From Dipteris shenzhenensis (Eukaryota), in assembly GCA_047967505.1 (NCBI GenBank), contig CM106538.1: a stretch of DNA of 64,000 nt. One strand, 5' to 3'. Each line of letters starts with the position of its first letter. The stretch's first letter is position 1. Below, in pieces: positions 50,772-62,578 of this stretch. The notes under the pieces are model-generated. The model saw only the letters and a program-made list of their open reading frames with translations, was not told the origin of the DNA and did no database searches. Made by a program: the position numbers and the translations under genes.

Positions 50772-53700
50772 TGTTAGAATTATTATTATAATTCAGCAGT
50801 GACCAATGTAATGTAATAAGTAGGTTAGGGGCACTTTTCCCTCATTTAGAGGTTTTTCCCCCTAACAATAGTTAGTTCACTAACTACGGTTAGTGAAGGA
50901 TAAGGTTTTGTCACTTAGACAAAACCCATCCCACTCCTTGTATTAGTCACTTCTTCTAATTGCACGTACTACGTTCAACTCTCTTGCTTCCTGCTCTCTC
51001 ACTCTCTTGTTTCTTACATTTGGTATCAGAGCAGCAAGACCCTACTGCTAGTTCCCTTCCCTGCTCCTTGCTCCTTGCCCGCAAGCTCTCCTTGCTCTCA
51101 GCTCCCTGCTCGCAGACCCCGTCCGTACAGCCGTACTATCCTGCGCCGCACAGTCGTACAACGTACGGACTTCCGTACTACAGCTCGTCATCTGTACGCT
51201 GCTCTTGTGCTGCTGTCCGTATAGCCGTACATTCGTCGTACATCCGTACATTCGCAGCTAGTCCGTACACCTGCCGTACCTATACCGTACTACTTGTTCC
51301 GTACAGATCTGCATCGATTGTCCGTACAGGAAGGAGGTACATTACGTCCGTACACAGGAATCCGTACATTTCGTCCGCACACAGGAATCCGTACATAGTC
51401 GTACGTACACTGTCGACCATACAGTTGCGCCGCACGTGTGGCCCTACTGTTTCGTACAACTACATTTAGTGCATTCCGTACAGTTACAGGAATCTGTTGA
51501 GTTCTCGGTGCATTTGCAAATTCTCAGGGAAGGTGGTCTTTGACATACATTTGTGTATTTCAGCCATTGTTTGGCTGTGGGTTCAAGCAGGTGTATTTTG
51601 GGATTGAGGGTGTGCTCATTTGCACACATAGGCAGTAGAATTTGGTTCTTTTTGCAGATAAATTGCAAATTGGGGCTTTCAGTCAATTTGCCCCTTTTTG
51701 AGTTGCAATTTCTTGCAAAAATTTGGAGCTTTTGCAATTACATTGCAATTTTGCAGTGAGATTGGGGGCTTTTGCAGGCAGAGTGCAATTTGTGCAACAT
51801 TTGGGGCTTTCTGACCATTTGCCCTCTTTTGTATGCAATCTTCCACAAGAAATTGGGGCTTTTGCATTTAAGTTGCAATTCTGCAGGTAAAAGAGCATTT
51901 TGGAAGTCTGGAAACAGTTTTGGACTCAGTACGAGTCAAATTGCAGACTTTTGCCACCTTATTTGCAGATTTTTGGGCATTGAGCAGAGCATTGTGGTGC
52001 ATTTTGAGCCTTTGACAGGCTGTGACAGTATTTGTCACTGTGGGCATATTTTATTTGTGCATCTTACATCCCAAGAAAGGATTTTACTTGTTCAGTTAGC
52101 TGTATTTCTGAGTTTATCTGGCAAAAATGGCACAAAACAACTCAAATGAGGTGTTCGGGGTTCTCACACAGGAGGATAAGTTGGATGGCACCAACTACTC
52201 CTTGTGGAGTTTCATGGTTCGCAATATCCTGGTTGGCAGAAATCTTTGGGATTATGTCAATGGAGATGAAGAAAGACCAGATACAATGCCTATACCTGTC
52301 ACTCCTATAGCTAGAGGCAGGGGTAGAGGTACAAATACAGCATAGGTGATTGGAGCAGCCGCTCCAGGAGCTCCCACAGCAGAGCAGAAAAGATGGGACT
52401 CTAGAGATGCACAAGCTCTTTCAGTAATTTCTCTTTCTGTCAAGAGGTTCATTATACCTCATATTCGGTCATGCAAGACATCTATGGCAGCTTGGGTAAT
52501 ACTGGAGAGTATGTTTGCAGCAAGAAACGATGCCAGAGTTTCCTTTCTAAAGCGAGAACTTTCCCATACACATATGGAGGAGGGAGATTCCATGAATTCT
52601 CACCTCACGAAGCTTCAGGATCTCACGGAACAATTGCTGAACATTGATGAAGTCATTCCGGATTCAAAGATGCACTCTGAACTCTCTTCCTGAGTTCTAT
52701 CTTGGTTTCCACACCTCGCTGAATTTGTCATCGAGGGGGGGCAGCAATCCTCTCTCCTTTCACGAGTGCATAAGCCACAATGCCCATCAGCCCACACATC
52801 AGCATAAAGCTGATTTTGGACAGCCTTCTTATAAGGCACAGGGTGATACAAACAAGCAGAAAAAGAAGGGCATCTGTCATTAGTGCAAGAAGCCAGGTCA
52901 TTATATTGGAGAGTGCAAGAAGCGCATAGCCAGAGAAAAGAAAAGGGATTCCAGTATGGTTGTATCAGATGCATTAGGTCCACATTGCCATGATGGAGGA
53001 GATGTTGCAGCCAACTTGGTTGAAGAGCACTATGCCTTTTTGACTTGCACTTCCGATTTTTTAGTGGGTAGTTCACATACTACAGCCACTAATGATGATG
53101 ACCCATATGCTTTTTTGCTCTTTCAGTGTTGATGAGACACTACATACTTGGTATTTTTATAGTGGTGCTTCAAAGCACATCACTTCCAAGAAAAGTCTGT
53201 TTGTAACTTTGCATTCTTCACCCACCAAGAAGAAGGTAACCTGTGCAAATAATTCTTCTCATTCAGTGTGTGGAGTGGGAGACATTATTCTCACATCCAC
53301 TGTGATGGCACAGATTTCAGAATTTCAGATGTACTCTATGTGCCAGGTATAAAGAAGAATTTGCTTTCAATGTCCTCACTCAATAGAGGAGGATTTCAGG
53401 TTGTTTTTTATGATGACAAGTGTGCAGTTAGAGACAAAGAAAATGAATATGCTTTGAGGTTGTCTAGCACTTTGTATTGGGGTTCTTTTTAGCTTGATTT
53501 ATATGAAAAAAGATCCCATCTTGCATTATCAGTTAGCACTCCCACTGCTGCGATGCACAATGCGGAGTTATGGCATGCCAGGTATGGGCACATGAGCTAT
53601 GGCAGCTTAATGACACTTCAGAGGCATGATGTGGTTGATGCATTACCTCCTTTGGAGTCGCCTCCTCGTCATGCATGTGAAGGTTGCATTCTTGGCAAAA

Positions 53701-55587
53701 TGCATAGGCTTCCCTTCAAGAAGGATGGTGCGGTGAAAGCTACAAGAAAATTGCAGCTTATTCACAGTGATGTCTGCGGTCCCATGAGGACACCTGCTTT
53801 TGGGGGTTATCTCTATTTTGTTACATTCATAGATGACTTTACCAACTACACTTGGGTCTATGGTCTCAAGGCAAAATCAGAAGTGTTTATGCATTTCAAA
53901 CACTTTGTGGCTATGGTTGGAAATGAGACAAGACTCAAGGTGCAGACACTTCGCACAGATCGAGGGGGAGAGTACATGTCTCATGAATTTGAGACATTTC
54001 TGAAAGAAAAAGGCATTATGCATCAACTTACAGTGAAGCTTACACCTCAATAGAATGGCAAAGCTGAGCGGAAGAATCGCACCACCATGAAAATGGATAG
54101 ATGCATGCTCAGAAGTAAGAAGTTGCCTCACAGGTTTTGCCTGGAAGGCCTCATGTGTGCCAACTATATTTTAAAACGGGCTCCTATAAAGGCTTTGAAG
54201 ACAATCACTCCCTATGAAGCATGGCATGAGAGAAAGCCTTCAGTGGACCACTTCAGAGTTTTTTATTGTGTTGCATATGCCCATGTGCCTGTGGAGTTCA
54301 GACACAAGTTGTCAGATAAGGCACTAAAATGCATTTTTGTGGGATATAGTTCACAAAGCAAAGGCTATCATCTCTACAATCCTGCTACACGCAAGATTTT
54401 TGTCAGTAGAGATGTCATATTCTCTGAAAATTCTGCACATACAAATGCTGAATTTCAGATTCCGGCCTCTTCAGATGATGTATTTGAGGGGATGCTTCCT
54501 ATAGCATTTGGTTCCCCCACTGAAAATCAGAATTTACAGCAACCTCTGCTGGCTCCACACATACAGATTCAGCCCCCAACTGAATTGGTACAACCTCAAG
54601 GTGTAGATGAAGTTGTCAGGCAAGAAATTCAAGAGATACACGCAGCCAAAACAGTCCCGCATTGGTTGCTTCAGACTCTCGAGGAGAGTAGGCTTGAAGC
54701 TCCATTGCCTGGCAGAACTCGTAGTGCAGTAAGGCACATGGAGGGAGCTCATTCAGTTGAATCAGCTTATGCAGGTACTCTTCTTGATGAGGAGGAGCCT
54801 GAGACATTTGAAGAAGCAAAAGATAATGTGCATTGGATGAATGCCATGCACGATGAGTTGCAGTCCATTCATAAAAATCAGACTTGGGATGTTGTGGATT
54901 TGCCACTAGGGAAGAATGCCATAGGTACACGGTGGGTTTTCAAAGTCAAAAGAAAACCAGATGGGTCCATTGATCGGTACAAGGCAGCTTTCACTGTGAC
55001 AGTTGAATGTGTTTGGCTGCATCATTTATTTTCTGATCTTCATCTTTCATTGGAGGGTCCTTCTCCGATTCTCACTGATAGTCAGAGTGCTATAGCAGTG
55101 GCAAAGAATCCTGTGTTTCATGCTCGCAGGAAGCACATTGAGGTTCACTATCACTATGTCAGAGAGAAGTTGCATGCAGGAGAGATCACTATGATCTATG
55201 TGTCAACACATGACAATGTTGCAGACATCTTCACCAAAGCACTTCCACGTGAAAAGTTTGAGGCATTTTGTAGTGCCCTGAACTCATATTCTTTTGGTGA
55301 TTGATCATTTCCTTGTACATGACATTGGCACTACAGGGGGGTGTTAGAATTATTATTATAATTCAGCAGTGACCAATGTAATGTAATAAGTAGGTTAGGG
55401 GCACTTTTCCCTCATTTAGAGGTTTGTTCCCCTAACCACAGTTAGTTCACTAACTACGGTTAGTGAAGGATAAAGATTTGTCACTTAGACAAAACCCATC
55501 CCACTCCTTGTATTAGTCACTTCTTCTATTGCAAGTACTACGTTCAGCTCTCTTGCTTCTTGCTCTCTCACTCTCTCGTTTCTAACA
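50772..55587 (+). mobile_element. Ty1/copia provirus with both LTRs and an internal deletion of most of RT
   Basis: LTRs 50772-51018 and 55342-55587 (about 11 substitutions and 1 indel by eye); TSD CTTCG/CTTCA; PBS 51021-51032; PPT ACAGGGGGG; gag, PR and INT motifs. Confidence 0.96.
51121..51482. promoter_or_regulatory. Dense (CC)GTAC motif array in the copia leader (putative SBP/SPL-type binding sites)
   Basis: About 22 GTAC in 360 bp, about 14 of them as CCGTAC (hand count); function is inferred. Confidence 0.5.
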
Positions 55588-55911
55588 CTTCAGTGGATTC
55601 CTCTTGGGAGATTCTGGCTAGCATTTCAGTGTGGCATATCTCGAAACCCAGATGCACACCATGCCCAGGTCCCACCCCTCTCATACTTTGGCCAGTATTT
55701 AGACAGATGCTATACATACATTGATGGCAACTTGGATGAGCATGCAAGGGTCTTCCCGAATGGCCTCGCCTAGGAGGGTTACTTTCCTTAGGGAATGGAG
55801 AGGCTCCCTTTCTTCTCGGAGTCCTCTACACGGTTGCGGGGGCATTTTCAGCCTCAACCTTGGATTTATTCTACCTCTTTTTAAGGAGTTCTTTGGCCAT
55901 CTTGACACCTT

Positions 55912-56387
55912 TTTTTTCCTTTTTCAAAAAGATTACTTCATTAAGTATGAATGAAAGCCGCAAAAGCAAGCTCAAATGCGGTAGTACATCATGTCAAGCA
56001 TGAGATAAAAATAGCTCAAAATGAGCTAACAAAAATCCAAGGTGGCACCTAAAAATGCCACCTCAACCCTAAAGAAGACTCAGAGAAGATTGGAGATCCT
56101 CTCCAAACCTTGAAAAAAATCTCTCTCCTAGCAGTAGTTGCAATAGAGGATCCCTGCATGCTCGCCCAGATGGCCATCATCGTGTGTATAGTATCAATCC
56201 ATATACTACTGGGGATCAGTGGCATGGTTATCTCTTATTGGCCCTTAGGTGCTCTCTCTAGATGTTCCTTTCACTCCTTTCAGAGCTGCTCATGCCTCGG
56301 TAGACACATCTTGGGAGATTCTGGCTAGCATTGCAACTTGGAATATTTGGAGGGCCGGATGTATAGAGGCGATGGAGGGTTCATAGG
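55912..56387 (-). mobile_element. Short 5'-inverted family B LINE inserted in the 3' UTR of copy 3
   Basis: 12-bp TSD TCTTGACACCTT at 55900-55911 and 56388-56399; 3' end and A-tail on minus; upstream segment on plus; junction near 56210. Confidence 0.88.
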
Positions 56388-56699
56388 TCTTGACACCTTA
56401 TTTCATGTAGTGCATGTTGAATTCATTGAGCTAGCTCTCGTGGGTTTTGTTCATACTTAATAGAAGTCTTTTTCTTAGGTGAAAAAAAAGGCCTTTTGTA
56501 AGTACTTTTTTGTTTAAAAAAGGTGTGTTTTTTGCCCTTTAAAGACCCCTTTAATTAACCTACATGCTATATAGATGATGATTGAAGCCCGCTAGGATAC
56601 TTCTCTCTTCCAATCAAAAGTGTTTTCTCTAAGTAGCTTGTATATCACATAGACATTTGGATTTCAAATTAATTTTAGATTCAAATTTTTAAGAAATGA

Positions 56700-59600
56700 C
56701 ACACTCCTCTACCCCGCCCCCTCCCCGCCTCCTCCTACGCCCCTCCCCCACCCCCTCCTTCTGCCTCTCTCTCAGCCCCTCCCCCTCCCTCTCTCTCAGC
56801 CCCCCCCCTCTCTCTCTCTCTCTCCCCCTTTCCCCCTTCCTCCCTCTCTCTCTCATTCAGCCCCTCCCCTCCTTGCCTCTCCCTTTGCTCTAGCTCTCCT
56901 CCCTTCTCTTCATCCTGCTCCTCTCACCTGCACTCTTCTTCCCGCGCAACACTTTTGGGTCGGATGGAACTTACTTTTGATCGAATCATCCTTCTCACCT
57001 TGATTGGTGATGTATTTCTACTTAGCCAATCCTGCTCTGCTTCCACCGGCCACGAAAACAGTTACATTTATCAGAAGACGAGTTGTAGCAACTCAAGAAG
57101 GATGTAGCTCTACCACTTTGATCACGATCACAAGCCGAAGATTGGATGCTCACGGCACTACCCTCAGACCTCACCCCTCGACTCAAAGATGTTCACTTAC
57201 TAGGGCGAGGTTTCTTCTAGGTTGTTTTTGATTCACTGGATGCTACGAGTGTTGTTCTCAAAGCCGGGTTCTTGCACTTGGGACACAAAGATTTTCTTTG
57301 ACCCCTTCATGCTGGGCTTTAACCCTGTGGAGGAGGCCAAGCGTGGGTTTTCATTTTTCGTCCGATTTCCTAATCTCCCTCAAGTTTACCATCGCTTACT
57401 CCAGGTGACTCCGGAGTGATTTGGTATTGTCACTGAGATCCCCCCCCCTCCCTGGTTTGCCCTTGATAGCTGCAGAGGCGATTAGGTCTGACAGGGTTCC
57501 TAGAGTTAGGGTCCTTCCACTGAACCGCAATTTATCTAATGATCATATCATTCTTCAGCGTCTAGATGGTTCTTTCTTTTAATAAAGAGTGGAGATTTCG
57601 GGTAGACAAGACCATTGCAGGATCTGCAGGACCGTTGGGAATTTGGCCAAGGAATGCCCTAAAAAGAAAAAGAGGCCCAAAAAGACTTCTGGTACAGCAA
57701 CTCCCCCTAGACCTCGACTGGGGGGTGGTACAGTTCAAGCACCTCCTCCTCGACCTCGATAATGTGTTGGTACACTTCCAGCACCTCCTTCTCGACCTCG
57801 ACAGGGTGGTGGTACAGTTCCAGCATCTCCTCCTCAACCACGACAGGGTGTTGGTATAGCTCCTCCACTTCAAAGCGCTCTTCCTTGATAGAGCGCTCCC
57901 TCGATACCTCCACCCACTTCGATGGCACCTGCTATCCCATATGGGTTCGAGTTTGTGTGTGGCCTTCACACCCTACAGATCAGGAGGCCGTTGTCTAGGA
58001 TGCCATTCCCTCTGGAGCTTTGGATATTCCCGTTCTGGTTGCTCCCACTGGTGTTACGCATCATGTAGGTCAAGACGCTAGTGCTCCAGTTACAGCTATG
58101 GCTGCAGCTTCTCCCCCTGACTCAACGGTAGCCCCTCTCCTTGACCAGGCAGTTGATGATATTTCTCTAGCTAGAGAGGCCCCTGTAGCTTTCCAAGATC
58201 ATGGCATTTCAGAGCAGCCCCTTCCCTTCAACTGATAGAGGCAAAGGGGTTGTGTACACTATCGATCCACTTCCCTCTAAAGAATTTCTTTGCACCCCTA
58301 TGACAGGCTTGGTTCACAGGAACTCTTTCGCAGCCATGGTAGATCTCACAGACTTCCCAAAGGAGGACTTTGTGCCTTTTACTTTTGGTAAGATAGTGGT
58401 TGGGGTTCCTGTTGATAGGGTGTCATCTTCTTGAAGTGGACGAGTACTTTTCCCAGTGGATTTTCCTCCACTTGGCTCCCTCCCTTGCTCATTGAGCAGG
58501 AGGTCTTCCCCCATCGAGGGGTTTGTTTCTGCCACTAGGTCGAGTAAGACGTTCCATGCTACTTCCTCCGGTCGATGAGGATTGTTAGTTGGGACATATA
58601 GGGAATTGGTGGCGTCCCTCATCATTGCCGCCGCAGACAGCTGATCCAGAACATACAGGGTTACAAGTGGCTCCATTGATGTCTTATTCATTCTAGAGCA
58701 CAAACTGGATGCCAAAGATTGCGCAAAGTCAGGTAAATTATTTTGGTCACTTGCTTTGGGCACTAAGGGAGGTAGATGCATCTTAGTTTCGAACTCTTTT
58801 CTCCCCTTGGTGGTTGGACAGAGTTATCCTTCCCTCTAGAGCTCTGTGGATTATTCTCTTGATTAGGGGATGTAAGGTTGGATTCCTCAATCTCCATGCC
58901 CCCAATAATAGAGAGCATCATGTCTTGTGCTGGAAGGAGTTGCTCTCCTGGGCCCCCATAGCAGATTCTTGGGTCATTGGAGGGTACTTCAACATGGTGG
59001 AGTTACCCTTAGATAAAAAAGGAGGCAGAGAGGGCAGCATCCACTCTTTAGAGAGGGCATCTTGGGATGCCTACCTTTTCAGTTTTAGTGGCAAAGATGT
59101 TTGGTTGGATGATGCCTTTTACACTCAGTCACAGTCACTCTTATTTTCTTAGTCACACAGGAGGCCACAGATGCCTATCCATGCACGGATTGACTGCTTT
59201 TATGTTGATGATTGGGCCTTGGATAGAGAAGGATCAGTATCCATTTCTGATCACTTTTCGGTGGTGCTGATGATCTCAGAGCCGCACTTGAGAGAAGGAT
59301 CTGGTAGTATTAGGATTCTCGATGCCCTTTATGCAGAGGAGGATCTCACAAAGGCAGATTTGCAGATCTGTTTCTCACATGCAGGGTAGAGTGTCCCCCC
59401 CTTCGCATAGTGTAGTAGACCTCTCCGATATCAGTGACTTTTACGATTTGATTGCTGGTACCAGGAGACGTGAGATTGGCATTCACTAGCAGTTGGCAGC
59501 CTTGCAGAGGGAAGAGTAAACGAGGCCCCTTGATGCTTGGATTCAGGAGCGCCTTGCTATAGCAAGGCTCATCGGCTTTTGTTGGATCAGAGAGCAGAGT

Positions 59601-62578
59601 TTGCCTTTCATGCACGAGAATCCTTTTCGATCCAAATGAGAGGCAAAGTCAATAAGCATTTCTTCTCTATTCATGGGGCCAGACATAGTACAGAAAGTGT
59701 TTCTCACCTTATTGACTCACATGGAGTTTCGCAATTAGATTCGAATGCCGTCTTGCGCATAGCTACATATTTCTGCTCTTCTCTTAGCATATCCTGGTAG
59801 TGACGCCAAAGATGATGCTAGACAAGTCATATGGCAGTGTATTCCTCTGTTGGTGATACCGGATATGAGCGTGTCTCTTGATGCACCTTTCACCAACATA
59901 GAGTTCAAGTCTATGCTTCTTACCCTACATAAGGGGAAGTGCCGAGGTTCACATGGGCTTACACCCTCTTCTTTTCTAGCCTTTTGCCAACCCTGCAGGG
60001 TGTTTGGGACTCCAATGAGATGCCTAACTCACTTATAGAAAATCTCATACATCTAATCCCAAAAAGGGTGTTTGGGACTCTAGTGAGATGCCTGACTCAG
60101 TTACGGAGGGTCTCATACATCTAATCCCAAAGAGGGGGTACATAAATTTAGTGTCATAGTGGAGACCTACCGCATTATTGGGCACATGCTACAAAATCCT
60201 AGCAAAAGCAATCAGCTGACTTGCATTTGCATCCCATGCTTCCATATCTTATCCATGATACATAGATGGGATTCGTTCATGGCAGAAGCATTTCTTATAA
60301 TATTTTCTCTTTTTGGGAAGCTTCTGAGTGGGCCATGCAGAGTGGACAAAAGCTAGCCATTCTTCTCATGGACTTTAAAAAATGCATATGACAGGGTAGA
60401 TTGGGATGTCTTGGAGGGAACCCTTCATCATTCTAGATTTTCAGATGCATGGATCAGAGGGGTTTCAGCCTTGTATAGATCAGCCCATAGCCAGGTGCTT
60501 AACGGAGGGGTCAAGGGAGATAGATTTCAGATTTCTAGATCAGTCCATCAAGGATGCCCTCTTGCCCCTTTTCTTTTACTTTTTGTGGCTAAGGCTATGA
60601 GCATTTTTCTTAGATCTCGAGCTGACATTCTTGGGCTCAGACTACCACTCAGACAGGAGGAGGACCTCATTGATTGTGAGCTAGCAGATGATACTGCTAT
60701 TTTGTTGGAGGCCTTCTCTCAGGCTCTCACTTCCTTTGGGACAGCATTGGACTTGTTTTGTATTGTAGCAGGTGCTCACACTAATTGGCACAAGTCCAAT
60801 GGCTTTTGGAGCAGTGATGACGACACTTCAAACTGGGGGGCTGATTTGGGCTTCACTTGGACTCAGAGGTGTGTGTCAGCCAAATATTTAGGATGCAAGT
60901 GGGTATGGGTATCTCCTCTTCGCAGCAATTTGCTCCAGTGTTGGAGAGCATTAGGAGGAAACTCCTTTTCTGGAGTTCAACCAAGTTGGACCTTGCATCC
61001 ACGGTGGTGATTGTTAACCAAGTTTTGTTGGTATCTTTGCTCTTGGTGGTGTAGCTCCACCACTGCATCACTCAGCTCATAAGGCCTATAAGGATTTTTT
61101 TATGGACTCGCCTAGATGGCACAACAAACACTATTGCCAGGGTGGCATGGCAGCTTTTCAGTGTTAAGTCCTTGCATTGCAAGTTTGTGGTTAGAGGTCT
61201 TATGCCTGGGGATAAAGCCTTGGAAAAAAAACCTATTTCATTGCATCTAGATCTGCAGCCCCTCCTCAGGTGGAGATTGGGTGGACAACACCAGATGTAT
61301 TTTCAGTCATATCTCCTTCCTCCCCGCTCATGGTCGCTATTCTGAAAGCTTGGGCCAGCTTTAGAAATACCCTTCGGAGAGTTCCTCCCCCTCTCTCGAA
61401 GAGATTGACATGCAACCTATCATGTGGAATGACATTATACTTGATGAGCATGGTAGGTAGCTTGGTTTGTCTCATTATATGCAGTGGTCCATGTAGGAGG
61501 GAGGGCCTGTCGCCTCAATAGGTTCTTCGAAAGCCTTCAAGAGGCTTTTAGAAAATTGTCAACGAAAATTGGTCAGTCACCTCAGAGGAAGTGCAGGGAG
61601 GATTCTTCAGATAGATGCAGCCTTACCCCATGATTGGGTGGACATAGATGATAGGCCTGTAGTTTGTTCACAGTGGATGGGGGATTTTTCAAAGATAGGT
61701 ATTCCACTTCAGGTCACTGCTTCTCTGGCAACAAAGGAGGATGCCTTGGTTTTTTATGTACAGTCAGGTGGTAAGCTGTCTATTTCTTCAGATGATATTC
61801 TTTTGGGCATGCCTTTTCATCCTGTTAGGATCATAGGCTACGTGGAACATGGCAAGGACTATGCTTGGCATATAAATCCAAGCTCTCGTCTTTCTATCTT
61901 GGGTTCAAGGAGGTTGTGGCTCTATGAAGGAGTCCCCATAAAGTATCTTCAATGAGATCCGAAGAGTGGGAATTGATTGTTGCAAGGAAAGAGAAGAGTC
62001 TCCCCTTCTTTGGTTACACGGTCAGTAATGCCACGAGGTTCCAGATTAGTTATAGAGGTTGGAGACCTTCCAGAGCCCCTAATTGGGAGACTTATTAGGT
62101 TTTTGCAGACTTGCAAAGAGTGTTTTAGAGGAGGCTTTGGAAGTCCTAAAGAAATAAAAAGATCACTTTATTTTTTTGGCTTTCTAGTCGTGGACGAATT
62201 GCAGTGAACAAGTGGAGGTCCAGGTTTGGTGGGCAGACTCCACTTGTCCTACTCCACTTGTCCTAGGTACTCGTCTGTGGAGGAGTCAGTCCATCATTGC
62301 TTATGGGACTGCAGGTGTGCAAGAGTCGTATGGATAAGGGCTGCTAGGATCCTCGGCACCTTTGTCCCTTCTCATTTTCTTCATGACTTGGGAATCAGTG
62401 GCTTGGCTCTCCTTGATAGGACCTCAGATCTTCTATGAGTGGCAGGATGCTTTCTAGGCCATCTCCATCTGACGACACCTAGTCGAGCCTTGCTATTTGG
62501 AGGATGTGCCTATCTCCCACTATAGACCAGTTCATGCTGATGTGGATTCTTCTTGGGAGATATTGGCTGCTATTACGG
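56700..62578 (+). mobile_element. Near full-length degenerate family B LINE copy 4, interrupted at its 3' end by an LTR element
   Basis: C-rich leader, ORF1, ATGA junction near 58576, APE, RT (HQGCPLAP, LADD), zf-RVT. Confidence 0.92.
57690..57865 (+). repeat. 42-bp tandem repeat (about 4 units) in LINE ORF1
   Basis: GGTACAGTTCCAGCACCTCCTCCTCGACCTCGACAGGGTG(G/T)T-like units. Confidence 0.88.

Larger units (their letters stand above)
38853..56489 (+). mobile_element. 5'-truncated family B LINE copy 3, in four pieces (38853-39780, 50290-50771, 55588-55911, 56388-56489) separated by nested insertions
   Basis: Pieces are collinear with copy 1 from about 25795 onward; each break is marked by a TSD; ends CATACTTAATAGAAGTC...A8. 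Confidence 0.85.

Noticed and set aside
51121-51482. CRISPR-like repeat-spacer appearance
   Set aside because: The repeated unit is only 4-6 bp with irregular spacing; eukaryotic context and no cas genes
57707-57928. Glu/Val-rich repetitive ORF on the minus strand
   Set aside because: Antisense reading of the 42-bp ORF1 repeat
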